NCBI GenBank assembly: GCA_964597575.1
Contig: CAZQXB010000001.1
Coordinates: 402,111 to 466,110, forward strand
DNA length: 64,000 nucleotides
Source of the DNA: an uncultured Gammaproteobacteria bacterium
Lineage (GTDB): Bacteria; Patescibacteriota; Patescibacteriia; Magasanikbacterales; UBA922
Direction: 5' to 3'
Shown: positions 26,382 to 37,013 of the stretch, piece by piece
How the letters are laid out: every line of letters starts with the position of its first letter
Numbering within the stretch: the first letter of the stretch is position 1
Translations under genes and position numbers: made by a program
Notes under the pieces: generated by a model
Databases searched by the model: none
The model's input: the letters and a program-made list of their open reading frames with translations, nothing else
Told to the model about the DNA's origin: nothing

Positions 26382-28223
26382 TTATTCTGTGGTGTGTTCG
26401 TCGCGGAGCCGATCAATATCTTGTGTTTTTTGAAGCCAGGCTGCCTCAGTTTCGCTCAGTAATTTTTCTACCTCCTTTAAGCGTTCAGTTTCGTCACGCA
26501 AATACGTGGTTGGATTTTTTTCAAAGGTATGAAGAAGGGCTAATTTTTCTTTTTCCAAATCAGCCAGAGTGTGCTCAATCTCACGGAGCGCGCGGCGTTC
26601 TTCTTTTTGGAGTGCATGTCGTTCTGCTGCGGTGAGGGTAGAGGTCTCGGATTTTTCTGGTTCATCTTTTGTTTCTGTTTCTTGAATTGCTAGGCGTTTT
26701 TTCAAATGATACACGTAGTCGTCGTACGAGTGTTGGTATCGGCGCAATGTTCCGTCACGAACTTCAATAATACTCGTTGCAATCATGTGGGCAAACGTAC
26801 GGTTATGTGTAACCGCAATAATGGTGTAGCGACTCTCGCCGAGCGCTCGACCAAGCGCCTCTACCGTCTCTAGGTCTAAATGGTTCGTCGGTTCATCAAA
26901 AAGATAGGCATGGTATCCACCGAGAAGAAGACCGGCGATTACGAGTCGGGCACGTTCACCTCCAGAAAGTACCTCGATTCTTTTTTTCAAATCGTGGTCG
27001 CGAAATAAAAAGTCGCCAGCCATGGCAAGCACGTCGGTGTGGGTCATTTCAGGTGTTGCGACTCGACGCAAATAATCAAATACTTGTTCGTTTGGGTTCA
27101 GGGCAGCCGCACTTTTTTCGTCGTAGTAGCCGACGCGAAGAGTGGGGGAACGGTGCACATATCCGTGGAGCGGTTTCAGGGCATCGTGAATTGTTTTGAG
27201 TAATGTGGATTTTCCTTGACCGTTGTCGCCCACAATCACCATGCGTTCACTCCGTAAAATATCAGTCGTGAGCCCCTCTGCTACCTTCGTGTTTGTGTCA
27301 GAGTATCCGACGGTCAATTCGTGAATACGATAGGCGGTTCCGCGCTGTGGTGGAAGCGCGGGCAAATTAATCCGCACGGAAGAAAGTGGGGTATCGATAT
27401 CAATGGTTTTGAGCCGAGCAATTTGTTTTAATTTGGATTGTGCTTGGGAAGCCTTTGTTGCCTGTGCCCGAAATCGATCGACAAATTCTTGTAAGTGAGC
27501 AATTTCACGTTCTACTTTTTTGTTGTAACTTTCTTTCATGTGGAGTGTTTGAGCCTTATGCGAAAAATAGGCTTCCAAGGGCCCAGGAAAGAGGATCGCT
27601 TTTCCACGTTCTACCTCAAGGGTTTCGTCACAGGTGTTTTTCAGAAATTCTCGATCGTGCGAGACGACGAGAAATGCTCCGCGCCATGAGCGCAAAAATG
27701 CTTCAAGTAAAAGCTGAGTCGAAACATCGAGATAGTTGGTCGGTTCGTCGAGCAAAATAATATTCGGCTCTTTAAGAAGAAGTCCGGTTAAACGCACCCG
27801 CATACGGTATCCGGCCGACAAGCTGGTAACGGGGCGTGTGAGCATTTCTCCTTTTAAATCAAAGGAACTCGCCATCTTTGCACACTGCCATTCTGGTTTT
27901 TCGCTCGTGCGAAGCAGGTACGACATGACGGTGTCGCCGAGTTCAAAATCTTCATGCTGGGTAAGGTACCCGAGCCGAGCTTCCTTCATAAGAAGGACCT
28001 CTCCGCTATCTGCCGCTTCGGTACCGATAATCAGGCGAAGGAGGGTTGATTTTCCGGCCCCATTCCGCCCCACAACTCCAATTTTTTGTCGTGCTCGCAC
28101 GCTTAAACTCACGTCAGTGAGAATTGAAGTGCCGTGATAGCTTTTAGACACCTTTTCGAGGTGAATGAGGGTCGACATATGGGCCGTAGTGTACGGTAGA
28201 ATACTTGTTTTGACAAGAGTCAA
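26382..28223 (-). CDS. ABC-F family ATPase (two tandem ABC domains, no TMD)
   Basis: Two Walker A (GRNGAGKST, GDNGQGKST) and two LSGG signature motifs; charged C-terminal coiled-coil. Confidence 0.8.
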   Translation of the reverse strand: MTLVKTSILPYTTAHMSTLIHLEKVSKSYHGTSILTDVSLSVRARQKIGVVGRNGAGKSTLLRLIIGTEAADSGEVLLMKEARLGYLTQHEDFELGDTVMSYLLRTSEKPEWQCAKMASSFDLKGEMLTRPVTSLSAGYRMRVRLTGLLLKEPNIILLDEPTNYLDVSTQLLLEAFLRSWRGAFLVVSHDREFLKNTCDETLEVERGKAILFPGPLEAYFSHKAQTLHMKESYNKKVEREIAHLQEFVDRFRAQATKASQAQSKLKQIARLKTIDIDTPLSSVRINLPALPPQRGTAYRIHELTVGYSDTNTKVAEGLTTDILRSERMVIVGDNGQGKSTLLKTIHDALKPLHGYVHRSPTLRVGYYDEKSAAALNPNEQVFDYLRRVATPEMTHTDVLAMAGDFLFRDHDLKKRIEVLSGGERARLVIAGLLLGGYHAYLFDEPTNHLDLETVEALGRALGESRYTIIAVTHNRTFAHMIATSIIEVRDGTLRRYQHSYDDYVYHLKKRLAIQETETKDEPEKSETSTLTAAERHALQKEERRALREIEHTLADLEKEKLALLHTFEKNPTTYLRDETERLKEVEKLLSETEAAWLQKTQDIDRLRDEHTTE

Positions 28224-28317
28224 TCTGCTCTTTTTTACCTTATTTGAGAGGAAAAACCATTGACAGACGCAGCTTTTTCTGCTAGGCTTCTCCGCGAGGC
28301 AAAGGAGGCCTGTCTTG

Positions 28318-28863
28318 ATGTGGAAGAAATGGCGTTACCTTCTTGTGGCTGGAGCGGCCTTCATTGCCGCGGGACTTCTGTACTTCTCAACCTACTTCCA
28401 GAATTTGACGGAGGAGGGGCAGGCGGTGCACGGAGTCATCTTCGTCATCATGCTCGCTGTCTTGTGGGTAGGGATTGAGATTGGAGATGCGCAGGCTCGG
28501 TCTGAGCTCCGTGCCCCACAGCATAAGGATCCCGAGGAAGACGACGGCCTCGACGATGATCCCGAGGAGTACCAGGACAGTGTCGACGACGAGGAGGTGG
28601 TAGCGGATTTCAAGTCCACGGTTGAGCGCTGGCTGGGGAAGGATGAGGACATGCTTCAGTGGCTCAGTGATGCTCGTCACTACATGCGGGAAGACAATCG
28701 CGCGGCTGATGATGACGCGCGTGACCTTGCACTTCTCATGGTGGTGTATGCCTATGCTGGTGGGCATGAGTTTCCGAGCGAGCACTACCCTGCGTATCTC
28801 GATGAAGTGCGGACATTCATTGAGTGGCTCAAGGCACGCAACGTTTGGCCTGCTCGCAGATGA
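28318..28863 (+). CDS. hypothetical high-GC membrane protein with acidic cytoplasmic domain
   Basis: Two N-terminal TM helices; DPEEDDGLDDDPEEYQDSVDDEE tract; AAAGGAGG RBS; about 60% GC. Confidence 0.4.
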   Translation: MWKKWRYLLVAGAAFIAAGLLYFSTYFQNLTEEGQAVHGVIFVIMLAVLWVGIEIGDAQARSELRAPQHKDPEEDDGLDDDPEEYQDSVDDEEVVADFKSTVERWLGKDEDMLQWLSDARHYMREDNRAADDDARDLALLMVVYAYAGGHEFPSEHYPAYLDEVRTFIEWLKARNVWPARR

Positions 28864-28885
28864 CGGTTCGCGATCAAGGTTCCCG

Positions 28886-28951
28886 CCGGACACCTTTTCT
28901 CACAAAAGTCCGGTCAATGCAAAAACAGCTTTTACACAAAGGCTGTTTTTG
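28886..28951 (+). terminator. 3' module: hairpin CCGGAC..GTCCGG followed by terminator AAAAACAGC..GCTGTTTTTG
   Basis: Two consecutive hairpins and a T-run; homologous module at 42271-42330. Confidence 0.55.
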
Positions 28952-29314
28952 TTTCTCTTCATGTTTTTTCTTGCGATAATACTCGGTTCAGTCTATGCTA
29001 TAGAGGTAGGTTATTTTAACATACTATATGTCTGCGAACGGAGCACACACCAATCAAGGAGGGCATCATGATCGTGAAGGTCGTTCCAATCAAGATGATA
29101 AACCAGGTTCAGGTCGGGGACGTAAAAAAAGTACAGGTAAAAATAACGCAAAACAGCAGGGCGGTTTGCCTTCCCAAATTGGGAGCCGTGATAAAAAATA
29201 GTTTCAGAAAAATTTTGTTGGGAGAAAGGCGGCCACACGGCTGTCTTTTGGCATTAGGGGCATTTTTGTCAAGCATTCCTAGCCCGTGGTACACTGTCCC
29301 TATACAAACAATAT

Positions 29315-30687
29315 ATATGAATGTACCAGCCCATATTTTTAAAGCCTACGATATTCGCGGGCTTCATACAACGGAACTTACCGAGGAATTAGTCTACCGT
29401 ATTGCGCGAGCCTTTGCCCTTTTTCTTCAACGAGAAAAGAAACGTGACTCCCTTTCCCTTGTTTTGTGTCGCGACATGCGACCCTCTTCTGTACCACTTT
29501 CCGAGGCGGTGAAACGCGGGCTCATGGACGCAGGTATTCACGTGATCGATATTGGCCTTGCCTCAACCCCGACATTTTATTTTGGTGTTTCGTATTATGG
29601 GTATGATGGGGGAATTCAGGTGACTGCCTCGCATAACCCAGCACAGTTTAATGGATTAAAAATGGTTCGCGATCGAGCGATTCCTGTTTCAGGTGATACG
29701 GGAATACATGCGATTCGTGAAATGGTTGAGCAGGATGATTTGGGTGAGAAACAGATGGGTTCATATGAGGAAAAATCTGGGGTTTTGAAAGAGCAAATTG
29801 AATTCGCACTTTCCTATGTACCAGAAACAAAACAGATAAAACCGTTCTCTGTTGTGATCGATACGGCAAATGGCATGGGTGCGCCACTTGCCGAAGCGCT
29901 GTTTGCAAAGCTTCCTCAGTGCACGGTTCATAAATTATTTTTTGAGCTCGATGGCACGTTTCCGAACCATGAGGCCGACCCTCTGAAAGATGAAAATAAT
30001 CGCACGCTTCAAGATACGGTTCGCAGCCTCAGTGCGGATATCGGGATTGCCCTGGATGGTGACGCCGATCGATTGTTTTTTGTGGATAATACCGGGAAAA
30101 CAATAGAGCCTGCGATTGTGCGAGGTATATTTGCAAAACTCTTTTTACAAAAATATCCTGGAGCGCCTATTTGTTACGATATTCGCCCGGGCCGCATCAC
30201 GATTGATATGATTGAAGATGCTGGGGGGCAGCCGGTGGTTACTAAAGTGGGACACTCTTTAATAAAAGAAAAAGCGCGTGAGGTTGGGGCACCTTTTGCG
30301 GGGGAGTCGTCTGGTCATTTTTTCGTAAACTTGCCGCACGGACTCTACGAGGCGCCTGAAATTATGATTCTTCTCTTCTTAGAAGAATTATCGCGGGCAA
30401 ATCAGTCGGCGTCTGACTACACCGCTCCTCTCGAGAAGTATTTTCATTCCGGAGAAATTAATTTTACGGTCAAAGATTCAGCGGCGGTGTTTAATAAACT
30501 TATCGAAGAGTATAGTGAAAACTTAACCTACAACTTTGATGGCCTTACATTTGAATGGGCAGATTGGTGGTTTAATGTGCGCGCCTCAAATACGGAACCA
30601 AAAATTCGTTTAAATTTGGAATCGGTAGAAAAAGAACTAACGACCGAAAAAGTACAGGAAATAACTGATCTTATTACTCGTGTATGA
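29315..30687 (+). CDS. phosphoglucomutase/phosphomannomutase family protein
   Basis: Active-site GIQVTASHNP; IFKAYDIRG N-terminus; in-frame upstream extension from 29068 with a strong RBS is unresolved. Confidence 0.8.
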
Positions 30688-32048
30688 ACGCCGCCTTACG
30701 TCCTCTGGAAAAAGCATATATTGTGACGGTTGATATGGGGTATGGCCACCAGAGGGCTGTCTATCCGCTCCAACATTTTGCCGCGAAACCCCCAGGTATT
30801 GAAACAACTGACGGTCATATTATTACGGCCAATAACTACGCCGGCATTCCGAACTCTGATCGGAGGCGTTGGGAGAGTGGTCGTGGTATTTATGAGGTGA
30901 TTTCACGTCTTAAAGCCCTGCCTCTTGTTGGAAACGCTATTTTTGGTGTGATGGATCTTATTCAGCAAATTGACCCGTTTTATCCGAAACGTGATCTTTC
31001 TCGCCCCACCCTTCAAGTGCGGCAACAATACAACTGGATTAATAAAGGGTGGGGGAAGGATCTTATTGATCGCCTCAACACCGCTCCACTTCCTCTGATT
31101 ACTTCTTTTTTTACGATTGCCTTTTTTGCTGAAACACACGGATACAAGGGGCAGATTTATTGCATCTGTACCGATACCGACATTAGCCGTGCCTGGGCTC
31201 CGCTTGAACCGAAAAAAACGCATATTCAATATTTGGCACCTAATCGACGCGTTAAAGAACGACTTCTCCTTTACGGTGTTCCCGAAGAACGGATTACGGT
31301 GACGGGTTTTCCTCTGCCTCAGGAACTCATTGGTGAAAAAGAAAATGTGATGAAGGTGCTTCTTGGTTCGCGCATTGCTCAACTTGATCCTGAAGGAAGA
31401 TACTATAAAAAATACTCTCATACTCTTGAATATTATTTAGGTAAAGAGTTTTACGAACAAAAAAATGCTCGACCACTGACGATCACCTTTGCTGTGGGTG
31501 GAGCCGGAACGCAGCGAGAAATTGGTGTGGCTATTTTAGATAGCTTGCACGAACATATTCAAGCAGGAAAAGTGCACTTAAACTTGGTTGCGGGCGTTCG
31601 TCAAGATGTATACCGTTATTTTGAAGAAGAGGTGAAGCGTTGGCACATGCGCCACGGAGAAGCGGACGGTGTGAGAATTATTTACGCCGAAACAAAACAA
31701 GCGTATTTTGAGAAATTCAGCGAGGCTTTGGCGACAACCGATATTCTTTGGACGAAGCCGAGCGAACTTTCTTTTTACGCTGGTCTTGGGTTGCCGATTA
31801 TTATTGCACCGCCGGTGGGTTCGCAAGAGGTGTATAATAAAGCGTGGCTTCACCAAATCGGTGCTGGGTTTGAACAAGAGGATCCCGCCTATACGCATCA
31901 GTGGTTATTTGATTGGCTCCGTTCCGGCTGGTTTGCAGAGGCAGCAGTTCGTGGGTATATGGATGCACCTCACAAAGGTACTGAGCATGTGTTCGATGTG
32001 GTGATTCGTGGGGTGAAAAGTGAAATTGAAGATATTCATTTCTTGTAA
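30684..32048 (+). CDS. hypothetical protein, possibly GT-B-fold glycosyltransferase-like (MGDG-synthase/MurG-like)
   Basis: N-terminal VDMGYGHQRA and central FAVGGAGTQREIG resemble GT28-type G-loop motifs; weak. Confidence 0.3.
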   Translation: MNAALRPLEKAYIVTVDMGYGHQRAVYPLQHFAAKPPGIETTDGHIITANNYAGIPNSDRRRWESGRGIYEVISRLKALPLVGNAIFGVMDLIQQIDPFYPKRDLSRPTLQVRQQYNWINKGWGKDLIDRLNTAPLPLITSFFTIAFFAETHGYKGQIYCICTDTDISRAWAPLEPKKTHIQYLAPNRRVKERLLLYGVPEERITVTGFPLPQELIGEKENVMKVLLGSRIAQLDPEGRYYKKYSHTLEYYLGKEFYEQKNARPLTITFAVGGAGTQREIGVAILDSLHEHIQAGKVHLNLVAGVRQDVYRYFEEEVKRWHMRHGEADGVRIIYAETKQAYFEKFSEALATTDILWTKPSELSFYAGLGLPIIIAPPVGSQEVYNKAWLHQIGAGFEQEDPAYTHQWLFDWLRSGWFAEAAVRGYMDAPHKGTEHVFDVVIRGVKSEIEDIHFL

Positions 32049-32098
32049 ACGGAGCATCTTCCGTTTGGTGCCCTTGGGTTTCAATGTAATTTTTTTGT

Positions 32099-33004
32099 AT
32101 GTCGCTTGTCCTTGCAACACTGGGGTACCTCCTTCTCGCTATTGCCTATATTTTTGATAAGTTCATCTTATCTAAATCAGTTTCACGGCCGATCGTGTAC
32201 ACGTTTTATTCAACCGTTTTTCTTCTCGGGGCATTTATTCTCGTACCTTTTGGAGTTGAACCTTTGGCGCGAGGGGACTGGCAGTGGGCTATTGTTTCGG
32301 GTTTTTCTTTTGGCTTGGCGCTCTGGGCGATTTTCTTTGCTCTTCGGCATGGGGAAGCGACTCATGTGAATCCTTTTAATGGGGCAGTGATTACGGTTGC
32401 CACCTACGCGCTTTCTACATGGGTATTCTCCGAACAACTGACGACTGAGCAAAAGCTCGGAGTTTTTTTTCTTGTCATCGCCTGCCTCCTTCTTTCCTGG
32501 CAGAAAACTCGAGGAAAAAATCATGTAGGAGTTTCCCTTTTCTGGGCGAGTGTTTCGGGGGTACTTTTTGCCGTGTCGCATGTAAGCGCAAAATATTTAT
32601 ACGAGTTCTATCCGTTTTTAACCGGATTCGTATGGAGTCGGGCTGCGATTGGGGTATTTGGAGTTCTTTTATTATTTCATCCAGCGGTGCGGAGGGTATT
32701 CTCTGGTCGCCACCGTGAGATGCCAAAAACAGAAGCCAAGCGCCATGCCTTTTCTTTAATTGTTGTAGGAAAAACCTTCGCTGTTATTTCTGCCGTATGC
32801 TTGCAGTATGCTATCGCGCTCGGAAGTGCCACCATTGTGAATGCACTTGCCGGCCTCCAGTTTTTCTTCATGTTTGTGATTATTTATCTTCTCACAAAAT
32901 TTCATCCCCGAGTATTTCAGGAATACTTTACGAAAAAAGAGATTGCGTTTGAACTTTTGGCGATCTTTTTTATCCTTCTCGGCTCCGCGGTTATTGTATT
33001 TTAA
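32099..33004 (+). CDS. EamA/DMT-superfamily transporter
   Basis: Ten hydrophobic helices arranged as a duplicated EamA-like repeat. Confidence 0.5.
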   Translation: MSLVLATLGYLLLAIAYIFDKFILSKSVSRPIVYTFYSTVFLLGAFILVPFGVEPLARGDWQWAIVSGFSFGLALWAIFFALRHGEATHVNPFNGAVITVATYALSTWVFSEQLTTEQKLGVFFLVIACLLLSWQKTRGKNHVGVSLFWASVSGVLFAVSHVSAKYLYEFYPFLTGFVWSRAAIGVFGVLLLFHPAVRRVFSGRHREMPKTEAKRHAFSLIVVGKTFAVISAVCLQYAIALGSATIVNALAGLQFFFMFVIIYLLTKFHPRVFQEYFTKKEIAFELLAIFFILLGSAVIVF

Positions 33005-33007
33005 CCT

Positions 33008-34006
33008 ATGATTCGTTTTCTCTCTCGACTCATTTGCGGTTTGCTCATTGTCTGGGTGGCTCTTTATTTGGCTAGCCGAAAAACATTTCCTGTAGAATAT
33101 GGGGTAAGTTTTAGTGATGTGTATGCCGAAGAAATTGGGCTCGATCCAAAGGTCGTCTACGGGCAAATCATGACGGACCTCAAACCTAAGTACGTTCGTT
33201 TGGCGGCGTATTGGAAATTCATTGAAAAGAAACCAGGAGAGTATGATTTTTCCTCTTTGGATTATTTCATGGAAGAATCAGAAAAGCACGGAGTTCGGGT
33301 CGTGCTTGTGGTCGGGCAAAAAGCACCTCGTTGGCCAGAATGTTTTCATCCTGACTGGTTTTTACCTCATGACCCAAGTGCAAAAGAAGGACTTTTTCGA
33401 TATGTTGAAACAGTAGTCACGCGGTATAAGGAACACCCCGCTCTTGAATTCTGGCAGGTGGAAAACGAGGCATTTATTCGGTTTCCGTTCGGCGAGTGTT
33501 CAAAGTTTCAGGAACAATGGGTCGAGGAAGAGGTGGCTAAGGTGCGCGCACTCGATACGACTCACCCTATTATTATGACGGATAGTGGGGAAATGGGCTT
33601 TTGGAAAAAAGCAGCAGGCGTTGGTGATTATTTTGGGACGACACTATACCGTGTCGTTCGTTTGCCGGGTGGTATGCGTTGGGGCTACTTCTGGATTCCT
33701 TCCGCAACGTATCGTTTGAAAGCCTGGGTTATGGGTGTTCAGGCGCCAGAAAAGTTTTTTGTATCCGAACTTCAGGCAGAGCCATGGTTTGATGCCGGTG
33801 GACCAAATAGTACCGAACTTTCACGACAATATGAAACAATGGATCGGAAACGGTTCGAAGATCATTTGGGTGTGGCAGAAAGAACTGGGGCATCACGCGC
33901 GTATTTGTGGGGGGTAGAGTGGTGGTATTGGCTGAAAGAAAAGCATGGGGATGCGAGTATGTGGGAATTGGGGAAAGAGGTGCTTCACGAAACAAATAAG
34001 CAATAA
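33008..34006 (+). CDS. putative TIM-barrel glycoside hydrolase (GH5/GH42-like)
   Basis: FWQVENEAF (NE acid/base-like) motif and N-terminal membrane anchor; family assignment uncertain. Confidence 0.35.
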   Translation: MIRFLSRLICGLLIVWVALYLASRKTFPVEYGVSFSDVYAEEIGLDPKVVYGQIMTDLKPKYVRLAAYWKFIEKKPGEYDFSSLDYFMEESEKHGVRVVLVVGQKAPRWPECFHPDWFLPHDPSAKEGLFRYVETVVTRYKEHPALEFWQVENEAFIRFPFGECSKFQEQWVEEEVAKVRALDTTHPIIMTDSGEMGFWKKAAGVGDYFGTTLYRVVRLPGGMRWGYFWIPSATYRLKAWVMGVQAPEKFFVSELQAEPWFDAGGPNSTELSRQYETMDRKRFEDHLGVAERTGASRAYLWGVEWWYWLKEKHGDASMWELGKEVLHETNKQ

Positions 34007-34071
34007 AATTTGAATCCCTCGTCAAACGCACGACATAAAAAAAGACCGGTCATTCGACCAGTCCTTTTTAT

Positions 34072-34147
34072 GTGCGCGCCGAGGGATTCGAACCCCCGAC
34101 CCTCTCGGTGTAAACGAGATGCTCTAACCAACTGAGCTAGGCGCGCC
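34072..34147 (-). tRNA. tRNA-Val (anticodon TAC)
   Basis: Reverse-complement cloverleaf GGCGCGCCTAGCTCAGTTGGTTAGAGC...anticodon loop TTTACAC...GGTTCGAATCC...GGCGCGCA. Confidence 0.8.
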
Positions 34148-34192
34148 TTAATTTGTGCCCATACTATACCGATATTTTGTTTCGGTGTCAAG

Positions 34193-35326
34193 ATGAATTC
34201 AGAAGAACGTGATATACTGGGTACATCTATGGTATACGATTCAACGGAACACAAGGAATTTCCCCTTCGAAAACATCAGGGAATATTTGCTCGTGAGCTT
34301 AGTATCTTTGAGGCTTCCGCTTTAATAATTTCAGGTACGATTGGGGCGGGTATCTTAGGGTTGCCGTATGCTCTTCGTGAGGTTGGGGTGTGGTGGGGGC
34401 TTCTCCTCATTATTTCGATGGGCGGGCTCATGCTGCTTCTCAATCTTCTTATCGCTTGGCTCGCGAATGTTGCGGGTCAGCCTCTGCAGCTCGTTGGACT
34501 TGCTAAAAAATATTTGGGACGAGGTGGGGAATTGCTCATGAGTGCGATAATGTACTCCACACTTTTTGGAGTGCTTACGGTGTATATTATTGGGGCAGGG
34601 GAGGCGCTTCAAGCATTGTTTGGTGGAGATAGAATTTTGTGGAGTATTTTATTCTACGCTGTGGCCACCACTGTTGTGGTGCTCGGTATAAAAACATTAA
34701 AAAAGGCAGAACTTTTTCTTTCACTGGGAATTCTTGCGGTTGTTATCGTTCTTTCTTTTGTCAGTGTGCCACATATCAGCATACCCACTTTACACACGCC
34801 GTCCCTGGTTCAGTTTCTCGCTCCGTATGGCATTCTTTTATTTGCCTTTCATGGAACCACATCTATTCCAGAAGCGCACGCGCTGCTTCCAAAAAATCGG
34901 CGGCATTTCCGTTTGGCGGTGCTTCTTGCAATGATAATTATTACTGCAGTGTATTCCGTATTTTCTTTTACGGTGCTGAGCGTTACCGGCCCCCTCACGA
35001 CTCCTATTGCGACCATTGGGCTCGGCGAAAAAATCGGCGGCATCATATTTTCTTTAGGAAATATTTTTGCTCTTCTCGCGATGTCCACCAGTTTTCTTAT
35101 GGCCTCACTTTCACTTCGTGATTCACTGGTGTGGGATAAAAAAATATCACGAGTGGCGGCTCTCGTGATTGTAAGTACGGTTCCATTTCTTTTGTTTGTT
35201 TTGGGTTTGCGGCAATTTGCTGAAACGATTGATTTGATCGGCGGCTGGCTCATGAGTGCTGAAACGATTCTTATTCTTCTTATGGTGTTAGTCGCATTTC
35301 GTCAAAAAAGAAAACAAACGCCATAG
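34193..35326 (+). CDS. amino-acid permease-like membrane transporter (aromatic amino acid/Aa_trans-like)
   Basis: Eleven predicted TM helices; GTIGAGILGLPYA motif typical of Trp/Tyr permease-type transporters. Confidence 0.45.
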   Translation: MNSEERDILGTSMVYDSTEHKEFPLRKHQGIFARELSIFEASALIISGTIGAGILGLPYALREVGVWWGLLLIISMGGLMLLLNLLIAWLANVAGQPLQLVGLAKKYLGRGGELLMSAIMYSTLFGVLTVYIIGAGEALQALFGGDRILWSILFYAVATTVVVLGIKTLKKAELFLSLGILAVVIVLSFVSVPHISIPTLHTPSLVQFLAPYGILLFAFHGTTSIPEAHALLPKNRRHFRLAVLLAMIIITAVYSVFSFTVLSVTGPLTTPIATIGLGEKIGGIIFSLGNIFALLAMSTSFLMASLSLRDSLVWDKKISRVAALVIVSTVPFLLFVLGLRQFAETIDLIGGWLMSAETILILLMVLVAFRQKRKQTP

Positions 35327-35345
35327 GGCGTTTGAGTTTAGTGGT
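35316..35345. terminator. bidirectional terminator AAACGCCATAGGGCGTTT between convergent genes
   Basis: Perfect 7-bp hairpin with A-run and T-run flanks. Confidence 0.55.
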
Positions 35346-35379
35346 AAGTCGTTGTCTGGACGACTGTTGGTGAAATGGT

Positions 35380-35766
35380 TTACGTTTTCTTCTTCAGGGC
35401 CTCCCGCACTCTTTCCTTGAGTTTGCTCGGATCGAAGGGCTTATCGAGGTATTCGTCCACCCCGGCGCTGCGAGCCTCGGCTTCGACGTTGCTTGAGCTC
35501 ACCATGATGATGGGGAACGTCCAGCCGCCCGAACGGATCCTGGTGACCATCTGGAGCCCGTTGGTGCTAGGCATGGCGTAGTCAGTGATGAGAAGGTCGG
35601 GCTTCTCGCCACCGGTGAGCATGTCGCCCACATCATCGGGGTGCGAGTAAGTTCTCACCTCGCAGAATCCCCGGAGAGTTCGGTCCATGGCCCGTGAGAC
35701 CAGTACCTCGTCATCGAGGATCCATACCTCGGGCTTCTTTTCGTTTTTACTGTCTTCTTCTGTCAT
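35380..35766 (-). CDS. stand-alone response-regulator receiver (CheY-like REC) protein, high GC
   Basis: ILDDE acidic pocket, phospho-acceptor LLITDYAMP, conserved K in LDKPF; own TTGACA-18-TATAGT promoter at 35837-35808 on the minus strand. Confidence 0.6.
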   Translation of the reverse strand: MTEEDSKNEKKPEVWILDDEVLVSRAMDRTLRGFCEVRTYSHPDDVGDMLTGGEKPDLLITDYAMPSTNGLQMVTRIRSGGWTFPIIMVSSSNVEAEARSAGVDEYLDKPFDPSKLKERVREALKKKT

Positions 35767-35909
35767 GTCGGAAAATCCTCCCTAAATCAACACTCGTCCA
35801 GACCACACACTATACCACAAAATAGCCCTTTTGTCAAGAGGGGAAAGGGGTGTTCACTTCATCTATTTTTAGCCTAAAAACAGGTGAAGGGAGCCGAGAA
35901 CGTGAGGTA

Positions 35910-36783
35910 TCACGGTCGGCGAGGGTTCATGTCCGCGATCTTTTTTGCGAATTCGTCGCAGAGCGCAGTTGCTGCGGGGTTTTCCGAGAGGGTAAGGACA
36001 AGGTTCGCTTGATGCCATTCTACGTTGAAGAGTGCGGTGCACGTTTCGTGGGCGGTTTTCGGTTTGGCATTCACCATATCGAGAAACACAGAAGCCCGAC
36101 TGACTTGGGCGATACCGATGAGGAGGAGCAGTGTTTCGTGTGGGTGAGTACCTAAGTCTCCTCTCGCGCCGAGGATTGTGGCGTAGGCCCGAAGTCGCGC
36201 TGTCGCGGCCGCAATCTGAAGCTCCGAGTTCGACAGAAGGTCATCGCACTTTCCCACATCCCAGCCCGAATACTCCTTGATGTACCTTCGGCACTCTTCC
36301 GTCGTCATCGAGAAGAGTCCAAGGTATCCGGCGGTATTCTGGGTGGAATTTTGTTCGCTCAGTGCGTGGGCGAGAGCGCGCATGACTTCTGCGGAAAAAG
36401 GAATGCAGTTGGCATACATCTTGTAGTCAGCGACGAACAGTGGGTCCTGGAGCATGAGGGGGATAGTACTCGAGGGCTGCACTCTGCTGGCGCCCTGAGT
36501 CATCACTCCCCGAAGTGTGGGTTGGGTAAGCAGGCATTGTGCCTCGTTCGGTTCCCCGAACGGCCAGGCCCCCAGATACTTTAGTCCTTCGAAGAAGCGT
36601 CCGGAGATTTCGAGCGAGTGCCTCACGTCGCTATGGGTGCGAGCGAGGACGGAGTCACGACTCTCAGTCTCCGGAGCCTTGACCGGCTCGACATTCAACT
36701 GCTCTGCCGTGCAGCTGTAGCCACAGAAGAGCGTGAGGAAGCCGAGGGCGGCGAAGACGTGCGGGAACATTCTTGTGTTCATT
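35910..36783 (-). CDS. high-GC secreted protein, possibly lysozyme-like/SLT-like
   Basis: Signal peptide MNTRMFPHVFAALGFLTLFCG; ...NTAGYLGLFSMT... resembles the SLT GLMQ region (weak); own TTGACA-17-TATAGT promoter and AAAGAGG RBS. Confidence 0.4.
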
Positions 36784-37013
36784 TGAAGGCCTCTTTTTTC
36801 TGCCGTGTTTCTTGTCGAGAAAGCACGGTCATACACTATAGCTAGGTCATGGTCGTTTGTCAATGTAAAAAAGGAATTTTTGGAAAAACAAAAACCGCCG
36901 TGTGGCGGTTTGTTCACTATCATTTTTCTTCATCCTTATGAAAGAAAATGAAAGGGGCCGAGATCAATACGCGTTGTGCGTTGATCTCGGCTGGGAGGTG
37001 GTAGGACGGTCGC

